A stretch of 61,459 bases of DNA from a virus (IMGVR_UViG_3300012352_000420:1-61459); one strand, 5' to 3'; shown: positions 39,936 through 49,398, counted from the first letter of the stretch. Notes: generated from the letters alone by a model not told the origin. Translations and numbers: made by a program.

Positions 39936-42098
39936 TTGACCAGAAAGCAAGAGTTATTTTTATTCGCCCTACTTGTGCTAGGGTTTTTATCATTTGTCTC
40001 GCCCTCATCTGCAGATGATATTGCTATATCTGTTGATCAAGTGCAGGTATCAGACACATCAACAGTTGTTGTTTCACCTAGTCCTTCTCAAATAATAGTA
40101 TCTGCTCAGTCTCAAATTAATAATGCTGAGTCGGCTACGGCTACCATAGAATCTCAATCTCAATCTATTACAAATATTACAGATACCATTACAGCTACAA
40201 TATCACAGGCAGAGGAATCTATAGTTTATTCTCAAACAATAGTAGACAGTGCAACTGTTGCTATATCTCATGTTGATTCAGCAACTGTCTTGGTTGCAGA
40301 TGCCGAAGAAGATGTAGCAGTAGCTCAGATTGCAGTTGATTCTCAAACAGCAACTGTACAGTTAGGTCAGACAATACTAGATAGTGCTACCGCTACAGTA
40401 AATGCTAACACTGCTCCTGGATTGACTATGACTGTAATACATAACCCTGGGTACAATAATGCACCACCACTTAATGTTGGACATGTTGTTAGAGTTATTA
40501 CTGATACTAATGGAATTAATGAAAATTTTGATGCTACTGCAGGTTTAGTAATGGCAAATGATGATTTTAAAGTAAGATGGGACGGCCTTTGGACACCACA
40601 AACAACTGGTACTCAGTATATTACAGCACCTGCAGATGATGGAGTTCTTTTGTATTTGGACGGGGAGCTAGTCATTAATGATTGGTTTGATAAGGGTGGC
40701 GGAGGATCTACCGCAGATGTTATGACAACCGCTGGAGTGCCAAAGCAATTTAGAATGTGGTACTACGAAAATGGCGGAGGAGCAAATGTATCCTTGATAA
40801 GATACACGGGCTCTGGATGGGAAGTAATCCCTGCATCAGAATTTAGCACAACTAGTGCAAGCCCACAGCAATTACAAACGCTTGCTGATGCAAGAAATAA
40901 CCTTGCTATTGCACAAGAGGCACTTAATATTCTTGATGAAGATCTTAATACAGCAGAAGAGGATCTGGCTCAAGCAGAGCAAGACCTATTAGATGCACAA
41001 AATAATTTAAATAGCTTATTGCTACAAGTTGGAACAGCAGTCAGCATTATGGAAAATAAAGTTGCATACGCTAATAATGTAGTAAGCCAAACACTTGCTA
41101 ATGAAGAAGCAGAAAGACAAGCAGCTGAGCAGGCAAGATTAGCAGCCATAGCAGCAGAGAATGCAAGGATAGCAGCACAGCAGGCATATGAAGCAGAGCA
41201 AGCAAGAATTGCTGCAGAAGCAGCACGAATTAAAGCAGAAGCAGAAGCCAAAGCAGCAGCGGAAGCTGCAGCAAAAGCAGAAGCGGAAAGAATAGCTGCT
41301 GAAGAAGCAGCAAAGAAAGCAGAAGAAGAAAGAATTAAAGCAGAAGAAGAGGCGGCAAAAGCAAAAGCAGAAGCAGATAAAGCAGAAGCAGATAGATTAG
41401 AGGCTGAAGCAAAGGCTAAGGCTGCAGAAGAAGAAAAGGCTAAAGCGGAAGCAGAAGCTAAAGCTAAGGCTGAAGAAGAAGCTAAGAAGTTAGAAGAACA
41501 AAAAGCTGCAGAAGAAGCTAAGGCAAAGGCTGAAGAAGAAAAAGCTAAAGCAGAAGCAGAAGCTAAAAAAGCAGAACAAGAAAAATTAGATAAGTTAGCA
41601 GAAGAAGCAAAGGCTGGAAAAGAATTAACAGTTGAAGAAAAAGCCGTTGTAGTAGAAGCATTAGTAGCAGATCTAAAACCAGGAGAGGCAATATCAGCAG
41701 CACAAGTAGCTGCATCAGGAGTGTCTTATGCAGATCTTCCTGCATCAACACCAGTAGAAGTACGTACTGATGAAAATGGTAACGCTCTTGTAATTACCGC
41801 AGAGGTTGCTGCAAATGTTGAATTAGTTCAAGATCCAGGAGCATTACTAGAGGCAGCATTAACTGATCCAGGTGCAGCTCTTGCAGCTCTTGGAAGTATA
41901 GGTGCTGATATGACAGAAGAAGAAAGAGAAGAAGCAACTGATATGGTAGTTGCAACAGTTGTTGCAGCAGGTGCTGCTATTAATGCGGTAGGAGCAGCAG
42001 CTGGAGGATCCACTGGAGGTGGAACAGGCGGAGGAGGAAGTTCTGGTGGAGGATCAGGAAGCAATTCACCAGGTTCAAGAGGAGGAAGAAGATGGTAA
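39936..42098 (+). CDS. Secreted/surface protein with PA14 domain and Ala/Glu/Lys coiled coil
   Basis: Signal-like N-terminus; PA14 DFKVRWDG...ADDGVLLYLDGELVINDW...WYYENGGGA; EAKAKA repeats; Gly-rich tail; TTG start after AGGAGG. Confidence 0.8.
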   Translation: MTRKQELFLFALLVLGFLSFVSPSSADDIAISVDQVQVSDTSTVVVSPSPSQIIVSAQSQINNAESATATIESQSQSITNITDTITATISQAEESIVYSQTIVDSATVAISHVDSATVLVADAEEDVAVAQIAVDSQTATVQLGQTILDSATATVNANTAPGLTMTVIHNPGYNNAPPLNVGHVVRVITDTNGINENFDATAGLVMANDDFKVRWDGLWTPQTTGTQYITAPADDGVLLYLDGELVINDWFDKGGGGSTADVMTTAGVPKQFRMWYYENGGGANVSLIRYTGSGWEVIPASEFSTTSASPQQLQTLADARNNLAIAQEALNILDEDLNTAEEDLAQAEQDLLDAQNNLNSLLLQVGTAVSIMENKVAYANNVVSQTLANEEAERQAAEQARLAAIAAENARIAAQQAYEAEQARIAAEAARIKAEAEAKAAAEAAAKAEAERIAAEEAAKKAEEERIKAEEEAAKAKAEADKAEADRLEAEAKAKAAEEEKAKAEAEAKAKAEEEAKKLEEQKAAEEAKAKAEEEKAKAEAEAKKAEQEKLDKLAEEAKAGKELTVEEKAVVVEALVADLKPGEAISAAQVAASGVSYADLPASTPVEVRTDENGNALVITAEVAANVELVQDPGALLEAALTDPGAALAALGSIGADMTEEEREEATDMVVATVVAAGAAINAVGAAAGGSTGGGTGGGGSSGGGSGSNSPGSRGGRRW
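41100..41620 (+). repeat. Low-complexity GCA/GAA/AAA repeats (AEAKAKAEEE)
   Basis: Seen directly. Confidence 0.85.
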
Positions 42099-42271
42099 GA
42101 ATAATAAAGAACATAATTAAAGATATGATCGACCAAGCATGGACCCTTCTCGGTATGTTTATCGCTTGGGTAGTTTTGGACGGAAGTGCTAAAACTGTAG
42201 TTGGATATGGAATTATGCTAACTACAGCTATTTGGATTATAACCAGTCCGATAAGAAATAAGGAGGAATAA
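42092..42271 (+). CDS. Small two-TM membrane protein, 59 aa (not in ORF track)
   Basis: MVRIIKNIIKDMIDQAWTLLGMFIAWVVLDGSAKTVVGYGIMLTTAIWIITSPIR; SD GGAGG. Confidence 0.75.
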   Translation: MVRIIKNIIKDMIDQAWTLLGMFIAWVVLDGSAKTVVGYGIMLTTAIWIITSPIRNKEE

Positions 42272-42272
42272 A

Positions 42273-42590
42273 ATGAAAAGCTTAAATAATGTTTTAATGA
42301 GAATTATAGCTGTTTTTGCAGCATCAGGATTAAGTGTAATCGGAGCAGGTGCAATTGCTGGCGTTGATACTATTACAGCAATTACAGTAGCAGGACTTAC
42401 AGCAGTAGCTGCCGTGGTAGAAAAGCTTGCTCGTGCATTTATGGACGATGGAAAGCTGACACTTGATGAGATAAATGCAGCATTTTCAACAGTTGATAAG
42501 GGCGCAAAGACAGTCGCTGATACACAGGTTGAAGAGCGTCAAATCTCTGAAAAAGTTGCAAAGCAACGTGCTACTGCATTAGCAGAATAA
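42273..42590 (+). CDS. Membrane protein, possible holin
   Basis: Two hydrophobic helices then DDGKLTLDEINAAF; SD AAGGAGG. Confidence 0.55.
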   Translation: MKSLNNVLMRIIAVFAASGLSVIGAGAIAGVDTITAITVAGLTAVAAVVEKLARAFMDDGKLTLDEINAAFSTVDKGAKTVADTQVEERQISEKVAKQRATALAE

Positions 42591-42606
42591 ATGGTATACT
42601 AAGACT

Positions 42607-42750
42607 ATGAACACCTATAAGGTCAAAATTGAGGTAGAGGCAGAAATTAGAGCCTTCAGCCAAGATGATGCAGATGATTATATTAAAGATATTTTCGGCG
42701 TTGATCAAGAAATCAAGAGTGTTAAACTAATTAGTATCAAGGAGAAGTAA
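42607..42750 (+). CDS. Hypothetical protein, 47 aa, leaderless (not in ORF track)
   Basis: TGGTATACT 6 nt before ATG; MNTYKVKIEVEAEIRAFSQDDADDYIKDIFG... Confidence 0.7.
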   Translation: MNTYKVKIEVEAEIRAFSQDDADDYIKDIFGVDQEIKSVKLISIKEK

Positions 42751-42751
42751 G

Positions 42752-43696
42752 ATGGCAAAAGAAGGATACAAGCCTACAGCTGGTATGAAAGCTGCAGCTC
42801 GCAGAGCAATTAAATGGAAAGAGCAGGGTAAGGCAACTGGAGCTGGTACGCCAGTAGGTTGGACTCGTGCTGGACAATTAGTTAGAGGTGAGGCTTTAAG
42901 TTTAGATACTGTAAAGCGCATGTATTCTTTCTTTTCCCGTCATGAAGTTGATAAAAAAGGTGAAGATTTTAATAATACATCTAATCCATCAAATGGAAGA
43001 ATCATGTGGGATGCATGGGGCGGAGATGCAGGATACTCTTGGTCACGCAAAATTGTAGAGCGTGAAAAGAATATGAAGAAGTATGATATGGCAGAGCATA
43101 TGAAAAAGAGTATGAGTGATTCAGAAGATATGCTTGATGAAATTAAAATAGCGGTAGACGATATCTTAGATCCAATCACAGATATAATTGAAATTGAAGA
43201 TGATGCAGATATTACTAAGGCTTTAAGACCAGAAGTTACCAGAGAGCAGCTATACGCAGTCGTAGAGGCCCTTCACGAGGCTATTGAGGCTATGCTAGAA
43301 GTTCCAGAGGAAGATGACATGGAAGAGCCTGAAGATATGCCAGAGCCAGGAGATCTAGAGGACGCTGGAATTGAAATAGAAGGCCCAGCTCCAGTCGGAG
43401 ATCCGAATAAGAATGAAGTTAATTGGCCAGTAGCAAAGGCATCAGAAATGTGCTCATGCGAAATGTGTAAGCAAGAGGATATGTCTTGTGAAAATTGCCC
43501 AGAATGTGTTAGCAAGTCTTACGATTCAGATAATGAAGAAGAAGATAAATGGGATAATATGGAAAAGGCATGCTGGACTGGATATAAGCAGGAAGGCATG
43601 AAGGAAAAGGGCGGAAGAATGGTTCCTAATTGTGTTCCAGTAGAAAAGATGCAAACAGTAAAGAAGTCACTTTGGAGTGGTATATTTACTAAGTAG
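42752..43696 (+). CDS. Conserved-type phage protein with acidic region (possibly head-associated)
   Basis: GTPVGWTRA...KRMYSFFSRH...WDAWGGDAG block, acidic middle, CWTGYKQ...VPNCVP motif. Confidence 0.7.
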   Translation: MAKEGYKPTAGMKAAARRAIKWKEQGKATGAGTPVGWTRAGQLVRGEALSLDTVKRMYSFFSRHEVDKKGEDFNNTSNPSNGRIMWDAWGGDAGYSWSRKIVEREKNMKKYDMAEHMKKSMSDSEDMLDEIKIAVDDILDPITDIIEIEDDADITKALRPEVTREQLYAVVEALHEAIEAMLEVPEEDDMEEPEDMPEPGDLEDAGIEIEGPAPVGDPNKNEVNWPVAKASEMCSCEMCKQEDMSCENCPECVSKSYDSDNEEEDKWDNMEKACWTGYKQEGMKEKGGRMVPNCVPVEKMQTVKKSLWSGIFTK

Positions 43697-43699
43697 TTG

Positions 43700-43752
43700 T
43701 TGACATAACTGCAGTATCTCGTGTATAATTATACTTGGGATGCTGCAGTTAT
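43700..43752 (+). promoter_or_regulatory. Promoter TTGACA-18-TATAAT embedded in a 48-bp imperfect palindrome
   Basis: -35 at 43700-43705, -10 at 43724-43729; inverted arms 43705-43721 and 43736-43752. Confidence 0.75.
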
Positions 43753-43765
43753 CGTTTAGAGGACT

Positions 43766-43999
43766 ATGCTACATTTAAATACACGGGGAGTTGAAGTATT
43801 TATCTCTCGATATAAAAATAACTACAGAGATTCTTTCTGGGAGAACTATGACCTGATCATTTGGGATAAAAGCCCAAGTGGTTTTAGTGATCAAAAGGGT
43901 TTGTTTAGAAAGAATTCATGGGGAATATCCAATAGATTCGAAGTTAACAACGAAGGGATCTGGGTGTTACCAGTTAAATATGTTAAACATTTTAGATAG
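43766..43999 (+). CDS. Hypothetical protein
   Basis: SD AGAGGA; Trp-rich 77 aa. Confidence 0.7.
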   Translation: MLHLNTRGVEVFISRYKNNYRDSFWENYDLIIWDKSPSGFSDQKGLFRKNSWGISNRFEVNNEGIWVLPVKYVKHFR

Positions 44000-44291
44000 C
44001 CTTGGTGTAGATGAAGAAAATATTCAATGGTTCCACCTTGCAGCATGTCAGGGTATGCCAACGGATCTATTCTTTGATCAATACGAGAATGATGTAAACA
44101 TAGCAAAGAATATTGATGAGGCATGTCTTTCGTGTCCGATTATATCTATGTGCTATGAGTCTGGAATTGAGAACAACGAGTACGGAGTTTGGGGCGGAGT
44201 TTATCTAAGCTCTGGATCCATAGATAAGAATAAGAACTTGCATAAGACTCCAGAAGTATGGAAGAGATTGAAGAGGAAAAATGTTCATTGA
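43980..44291 (+). CDS. whiB: WhiB-family transcription factor
   Basis: AACQG...DLFF...CLSCP....C...YGVWGG. Confidence 0.88.
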   Translation: MLNILDSLGVDEENIQWFHLAACQGMPTDLFFDQYENDVNIAKNIDEACLSCPIISMCYESGIENNEYGVWGGVYLSSGSIDKNKNLHKTPEVWKRLKRKNVH

Positions 44292-44607
44292 TAAGAGCTT
44301 AAGTAAACAGAATGAGCATTTTAAGCATGGAATTAACCAGTGGACTGGTGAGCCAAATAAGCCTGTATTCTATACAGATGAGATGAAGAAGAAGGTAAGA
44401 GAGCTAAAGCAGCCCATGTTTTTGCTTATGGATATTGCAATGTATCCAGACTTCCTAGCTATAAGATTATATGAAGATAACTTTATTCAATTTGATGGTA
44501 TTGAAAAAGAAAAAGTAATTGATTATGTATCAAAAGTAAAGAGTCTACTCGAATCATATGGGGTTAGATGCGAACTAGAGGGGGTCCCAAGTGAAAGAGT
44601 GGTATGA
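44281..44607 (+). CDS. Hypothetical protein
   Basis: ORF track; coupled to neighbours. Confidence 0.7.
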   Translation: MFIDKSLSKQNEHFKHGINQWTGEPNKPVFYTDEMKKKVRELKQPMFLLMDIAMYPDFLAIRLYEDNFIQFDGIEKEKVIDYVSKVKSLLESYGVRCELEGVPSERVV

Positions 44608-44788
44608 GGTTGTCAATATCGTTTTTATCCATTCAGAAGGAGTTTTTGGATCGGTAGAAAAGCTAGGTGCCTTTGCATCAAATGTAGTTTACCAAAAAGA
44701 TGGCATTGAATATCAAGAGCTATTGGAAAATGAAGAGTTCTCCGTTGTGGATGAAATTGTCTTCAAGCATATAGAGGAAGAAAACTAA
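44591..44788 (+). CDS. Hypothetical protein
   Basis: ORF track; coupled. Confidence 0.65.
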   Translation: MKEWYEVVNIVFIHSEGVFGSVEKLGAFASNVVYQKDGIEYQELLENEEFSVVDEIVFKHIEEEN

Positions 44789-45024
44789 TGGATAAAATTT
44801 TATGTTACTCATGTAATAAAAGCAAAAACAAGTTAAGTATAAAGAAGTCTGCTTTACTTCCAATTAATCTATTCTTATGCGAAACATGCCTTACTGCTAA
44901 GCTAGAACCTAGATGGGTTGTTATTTTAAGCGGTAGACAGAATGGTATTGATTCAGTTAAAGATGCTATACTTAAGCGTAGATACCTTGGAGAAGAAATT
45001 TCTGCTCAGGAATTAATGATTTAG
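44788..45024 (+). CDS. Small zinc-binding protein
   Basis: CYSC...CETC...EPRW. Confidence 0.7.
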   Translation: MDKILCYSCNKSKNKLSIKKSALLPINLFLCETCLTAKLEPRWVVILSGRQNGIDSVKDAILKRRYLGEEISAQELMI

Positions 45025-45053
45025 TATTAACTATAAGATATAATTAGTTAATA

Positions 45054-45362
45054 ATGACTATTGATATCTATAGCGTAGCCCTTGCCGTTATCGCATCTAT
45101 TGCGTCTGGCTTGGGCACAGCTATTTATGCTGGCAGGCAGGATATCAAGAAAGAAAGAATTCGTGAGGCTGAAAGATACCAGGATCAGCTTAAAATTGAG
45201 TTAAAAGATCTTAAAATTCAGCTATACCAGCTAGAGAAAGATTTAACTGAATGGAAGGATAAATATTATTCTACCGTACAGGACCTAATTTCCGTTAAAT
45301 CTGAGCTTGAAGAGGCTTTAATTAAAATAGCCTTAGTAGATATGCAATTAAAAGAGAGCTAG
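45054..45362 (+). CDS. Membrane-anchored coiled-coil protein
   Basis: N-terminal TM helix then heptads; TATAAT at 45039-45044. Confidence 0.7.
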   Translation: MTIDIYSVALAVIASIASGLGTAIYAGRQDIKKERIREAERYQDQLKIELKDLKIQLYQLEKDLTEWKDKYYSTVQDLISVKSELEEALIKIALVDMQLKES

Positions 45363-45394
45363 CACTACGAATTTTTATTTAGTATACTTAAAGC

Positions 45395-45949
45395 ATGACA
45401 TGTATAGTGGCAATTGCCCAAAACGGTACCGTTTATATGGGTTCAGATCATGCTGCATCAGACGATAAGTCTGGATGGATCATAGCAAGAAAAGAACCAA
45501 AGTGCTTTAAGGTTGGACAATACGCAATTGCATTTACTGATTCATTTCGCATGGGTCAGATTCTTCAATACAATTGGACTCCACCAAAGTACACTCCAAC
45601 TAAAACTAATTCAGGTTTAGATAAGTTTTTAAGAACTAAGTTTGTTGATTCGATTAAAGATGCTTTTCAAGCAAACAATTATGGAATTATTCTTCCAGGG
45701 CAAGAGGCGGAAGGCGGAGTATTCTTAGTAGGAGTAGAAGGAAGACTCTTTACTATAGATGAAGACTTTCATGTTGGAGAAGCAGTAGTAAACTATATGG
45801 CAGAAGGAAGCGGTGCTTTCTTTGCCATGGGTTCATTGTACACAACAAGAAACCAAAAGAACCCAAAGATCAGAATCAAAACTGCATTAGAAGCAGCAGC
45901 AGAATTTTCTATGAGCGTAGCTCCACCCTTTACATATATTCAGGTTTAG
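45395..45949 (+). CDS. Ntn-hydrolase, HslV/proteasome-beta-like protease
   Basis: MTCIVA (N-terminal Thr), GSD, K, EGSG, SVAPPF; leaderless promoter TATACT 45383-45388. Confidence 0.8.
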   Translation: MTCIVAIAQNGTVYMGSDHAASDDKSGWIIARKEPKCFKVGQYAIAFTDSFRMGQILQYNWTPPKYTPTKTNSGLDKFLRTKFVDSIKDAFQANNYGIILPGQEAEGGVFLVGVEGRLFTIDEDFHVGEAVVNYMAEGSGAFFAMGSLYTTRNQKNPKIRIKTALEAAAEFSMSVAPPFTYIQV

Positions 45950-45963
45950 AGTATAATTAAATC

Positions 45964-46302
45964 ATGGAATGGCTTATCAAAATATTCGCCACGGTACTTG
46001 GTTACAAGAGTATTGAGATAATCAGATGGTTTTTTAAAAGATATCAAGTGCTAATCTTTGATAGAGATATAATAAGTGCGATGAATAAAGATATCCAAGA
46101 AGACTACGATAAGCCTTATATGGATCTTAGAGGCACACCCACTCACACATGCATATGTGGAGGAGAAGTGTTTTACTTAAAGGCTACATTTAAAGATTCA
46201 GAGATATCGCAATATCTTTTAGATATGCAATGTGCAAATTGTGGTAGTTTGGCAACTGCGCCTACTCCAATAGATCAGATGCCAGGAACAGATGAGAACT
46301 AA
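45964..46302 (+). CDS. Zinc-ribbon protein
   Basis: DLRGTPTHTCICG...CANCGSLATAPTP; TATAAT 6 nt before ATG. Confidence 0.7.
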   Translation: MEWLIKIFATVLGYKSIEIIRWFFKRYQVLIFDRDIISAMNKDIQEDYDKPYMDLRGTPTHTCICGGEVFYLKATFKDSEISQYLLDMQCANCGSLATAPTPIDQMPGTDEN

Positions 46303-46456
46303 GAAAAGAGTTAAAGAGCTAGAGATTCAGCTAGCATACCTTACTGAATATGTAAAGATAATATCTGACTCAGTTTTAGAGCTTTTAGAAAAAGAAGATG
46401 AGCGAGCTGAAAAGGCTAAGAATCTTGATTCTGGAAAATGGTATAGGAACTCTTGA
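46292..46456 (+). CDS. Small coiled-coil protein, 54 aa (not in ORF track)
   Basis: MRTKKRVKELEIQLAYLTE...LDSGKWYRNS; fills the gap. Confidence 0.6.
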   Translation: MRTKKRVKELEIQLAYLTEYVKIISDSVLELLEKEDERAEKAKNLDSGKWYRNS

Positions 46457-46487
46457 CATCCCTGGTAAAGTTTAGTAAACTTACCAC
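46453..46487 (+). promoter_or_regulatory. Promoter TTGACA-17-TAAACT, leaderless
   Basis: -10 at 46476-46481, 6 nt before ATG 46488. Confidence 0.75.
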
Positions 46488-47420
46488 ATGAACAAAAAAC
46501 TAATCGTGGCTCTATTAGCCCTAACAATCACACTACCAACTACTGCAAATGCAGCGCTTAAGTCTTCTACTGTACAGAAGCCAACAATTGCAATTCTAGA
46601 CACAGCACTAGATGCATCTGTACCAGAATTTGCTGGACGAATTACTCATGAGGTTTGTATCCTTGAGTGGACAACATGTCCAAACGGAACTAGCTATATG
46701 GAGGGTCCAGGAGCGGGCTTGACTTATCCAGCAACCTTTACATCTAATAAGACATTTAATCACGGAACACAGATGGTTTCAGCAGCAATTAGATCAAACC
46801 CTAATGTCAACATTGTGTTTGTAAGAATTATTGGAAATACTCTTAGGGGAGAGCGACAGATTGCTAATGAGCGAACTGTATATAATGCCCTTAACTGGGT
46901 GGCAGCCAATGCATCTAAGTATAATATTAAAGCAGTCGCTATGGCTCAGGGACATCATAACCTAACTCCACTAGCAGACTATTGCCCTAATACTCCAAAC
47001 ACAAAGACATCAATTATTAATCTTAAGAACATGAACATCCCTACATTCTTTTCAGCAGGCAATGGTCGTGACTACAAGAGAATCGATTGGCCTTCATGCA
47101 TTAACGAGTCTGTATCAGTAGGTGCAGTAGATCAGTATAATGAGATTGCAATCTATTCAAATGCAGATGCAAATAGAGTAGACTTCTATGCTCTTGGACA
47201 CATGAGAGTATTGCTTCCAGGTGGAGTAGAGGCAAATGCTGCTGGAACATCAGTTTCAGCACAGGTGGCAGCAGCTAACTGGGTTGCCCTATCAACTGCA
47301 AAGCCAACACTTTCTTATGATCAACTGTACTCTCTTTTCGACAAGACACACATCAAGACCATGAGTGGTAAGGTTCCTTTTGGTAAGCTTATGAACTTGG
47401 CTGGTGCCATTAATGGATAG
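46488..47420 (+). CDS. Secreted subtilisin-like serine protease (S8)
   Basis: Signal peptide; IAILDT, NHGT, SAGN, AGTS catalytic motifs. Confidence 0.88.
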   Translation: MNKKLIVALLALTITLPTTANAALKSSTVQKPTIAILDTALDASVPEFAGRITHEVCILEWTTCPNGTSYMEGPGAGLTYPATFTSNKTFNHGTQMVSAAIRSNPNVNIVFVRIIGNTLRGERQIANERTVYNALNWVAANASKYNIKAVAMAQGHHNLTPLADYCPNTPNTKTSIINLKNMNIPTFFSAGNGRDYKRIDWPSCINESVSVGAVDQYNEIAIYSNADANRVDFYALGHMRVLLPGGVEANAAGTSVSAQVAAANWVALSTAKPTLSYDQLYSLFDKTHIKTMSGKVPFGKLMNLAGAING

Positions 47421-47622
47421 TAAGCAGACCGTACTTGAAGGCATTATTGAAGATGTCGCTACAGATCTATACAATAAGTGGGTGGCAGCAATGCCAGAAG
47501 AAGATAAGAATGAGATAGCATTTCAGGCTTTATCTAAGAATGCACATGAAACTACCCTATTTGTTGTTCAAAACTTCATGAATAAGTTTAATGATGCAGC
47601 AGAAGCCTTGAAGGGCGAGTAA
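47413..47622 (+). CDS. Hypothetical protein
   Basis: ORF track; start probably at MDSK. Confidence 0.65.
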   Translation: MDSKQTVLEGIIEDVATDLYNKWVAAMPEEDKNEIAFQALSKNAHETTLFVVQNFMNKFNDAAEALKGE

Positions 47623-47628
47623 TAAATA

Positions 47629-47931
47629 ATGATACTCGATAGTAACAACTTCGATGCCTTTATATCTACAAATAAAACTGCTATAATAGACTTCTGGGCT
47701 ACCTGGTGTGGTCCCTGTAAAAAGATGAAGCCTATTCTCGAAGAGGTCGAATCTGAATTCAATGTTGTGATTGGAAGGGTTGATGCGGATGAATCTGCAG
47801 ATATTGCTTCTAAGTATAACGTGTCTTCAATACCAACAATCATAGTGCTTGAAGATGGAGTTCCAGTTAAAACAATTATTGGAGCAATGCCAAAGCATAA
47901 GTTAGTTAAGGAGCTTGAAGGATGGATTTAG
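47629..47931 (+). CDS. trxA: Thioredoxin
   Basis: DFWATWCGPCK, SIPT. Confidence 0.95.
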   Translation: MILDSNNFDAFISTNKTAIIDFWATWCGPCKKMKPILEEVESEFNVVIGRVDADESADIASKYNVSSIPTIIVLEDGVPVKTIIGAMPKHKLVKELEGWI

Positions 47932-48092
47932 ATTTTGAATCATGGATGAAGTATGGTTATGATAAGGGATGGATATCTGATGTGTTTTGCAACACTCATG
48001 ACGGTGGCCCTATGTCAGATGAAGAAATGCAGGAATGGGAGGAAGGCGGAGATCCGTGTTCATTCCATGTTAGAATAAACGAACTAAACTAG
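47922..48092 (+). CDS. Hypothetical protein, 56 aa (not in ORF track)
   Basis: MDLDFESWMKYGYDKGWISDVFCNTHDGGP...GGDPCSFHVRI; C/H/C/H could bind metal. Confidence 0.7.
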   Translation: MDLDFESWMKYGYDKGWISDVFCNTHDGGPMSDEEMQEWEEGGDPCSFHVRINELN

Positions 48093-48140
48093 AATTCTGT
48101 GCTCACGTAAGAGGCAGAGGAAATAAGGAGAATAAATTAA

Positions 48141-49130
48141 ATGAACTCATTTAAGAAAATCGCAGTAGGTGTAGTTGCAGCTATGTCTATCGCAACAATC
48201 GTAGCTACACCTGCTAGTGCAGCAACAACAACTCTAACAGTAGGCGGATCGTCAGTTTCAACTGGCCTTGTTGCTTCTAATCCAGTTGTTTTGCCAGTAC
48301 CAGCAGACAACTCAGTTGATTCAGCAGATGCTCTCAAGATCGCAGTAACAGGTCTTGATACAGGCACAGTAGTTTCAGCATCAGCAACAAATGCATCAAT
48401 TGTTCCAGCATTGGCAACAGTTGCAGCACCTGTATCTGCATCAGCAGGAACAGCAACACTTTCAATTAATACAGGAACAGGCACAACAGCTGACTTCTAT
48501 GTATTTACAAAGACAGTTAACGCAGGAACAGTAGTAGTTACTGTCGGCGGAAACACAACTACATATTACATCAAGGGATCTGCTGGAGCAGCATACAACC
48601 TATCAGTTGTAGCGCCAGATTCAGCTAACATCTCAACAGTAAATAAGGTTTATGCAAAGACCACAGACGTTTTTGGAAACCCAGTTGTCACAACAACACC
48701 AACAATTACAGCAATCAACGCAGTTGTTGGAGCAGTATCTGTTTCAGATACAGCAACAGGAACATTTGCTTTTGATCTTACAGCACCAGCATCAGTTGGT
48801 CAGACAGGTCTTTCAGTAGCAATTACAGCAACAGACGTTGCTGGTCTTCCAGCAGCAGCTAAGTCTGCTACAAAGTTTGTTGCGATTGCAAATCCAGCAG
48901 ACGTACTAGCATCACTTAAGGCAGAGCTTGCAGCAGCACAGGCTGCTCTTGCAGCTGAAAAGAATGCACACGCAGTAACAAAGGCAGCAGTCGATAAGGC
49001 AGCAGCAGATGCAGTTACAGCAAAGGCAGCAGCAGATCTCGCAGCAGCAGCTTACAAGGCAGAGTACAACGCTCTTGCTAAGAAGTGGAATGCTAAGAAT
49101 CCAAAGGCTAAGGTTGCACTAAAGAAGTAA
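48141..49130 (+). CDS. Secreted Ala/Thr/Val-rich surface (S-layer-like) protein
   Basis: Signal peptide ending PASA, beta-rich Ig-like middle, C-terminal coiled coil and basic KKWNAKNPKAKVALKK; strong SD; strongly biased codons. Confidence 0.7.
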   Translation: MNSFKKIAVGVVAAMSIATIVATPASAATTTLTVGGSSVSTGLVASNPVVLPVPADNSVDSADALKIAVTGLDTGTVVSASATNASIVPALATVAAPVSASAGTATLSINTGTGTTADFYVFTKTVNAGTVVVTVGGNTTTYYIKGSAGAAYNLSVVAPDSANISTVNKVYAKTTDVFGNPVVTTTPTITAINAVVGAVSVSDTATGTFAFDLTAPASVGQTGLSVAITATDVAGLPAAAKSATKFVAIANPADVLASLKAELAAAQAALAAEKNAHAVTKAAVDKAAADAVTAKAAADLAAAAYKAEYNALAKKWNAKNPKAKVALKK

Positions 49131-49140
49131 TTCTTTAAAT

Positions 49141-49172
49141 AAAGGGGCAGGATCTTAGGGTCTTGCCCCTTT
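49141..49172 (+). terminator. Intrinsic terminator
   Basis: AAAGGGGCAGGATC-TTAG-GGTCTTGCCCCTTT. Confidence 0.8.
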
Positions 49173-49197
49173 ATCATTTAAATGCTAGACTTGATAC

Positions 49198-49398
49198 ATG
49201 GAATCAACTAAAAGAACATTATTAAAAACATTAAGCTGGGAAACATTTCACCTAGTAGGAGTTGCTGGAGTAATCTACATTTTTACTGGTGAGTGGGAGT
49301 ATGCAAGCCTAGGAGCCCTCATCTATATTGGGTGGGAAGCAACAGGCTACTTCTTGCATGAAAGAGTGTGGGCTAAGTTTGGTGGAAGATTAAAGTGA
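49198..49398 (+). CDS. DUF2061-like small membrane protein
   Basis: ESTKRTLLKTLSW...YFLHERVW; TGCTAGACT 6 nt before ATG. Confidence 0.8.
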   Translation: MESTKRTLLKTLSWETFHLVGVAGVIYIFTGEWEYASLGALIYIGWEATGYFLHERVWAKFGGRLK

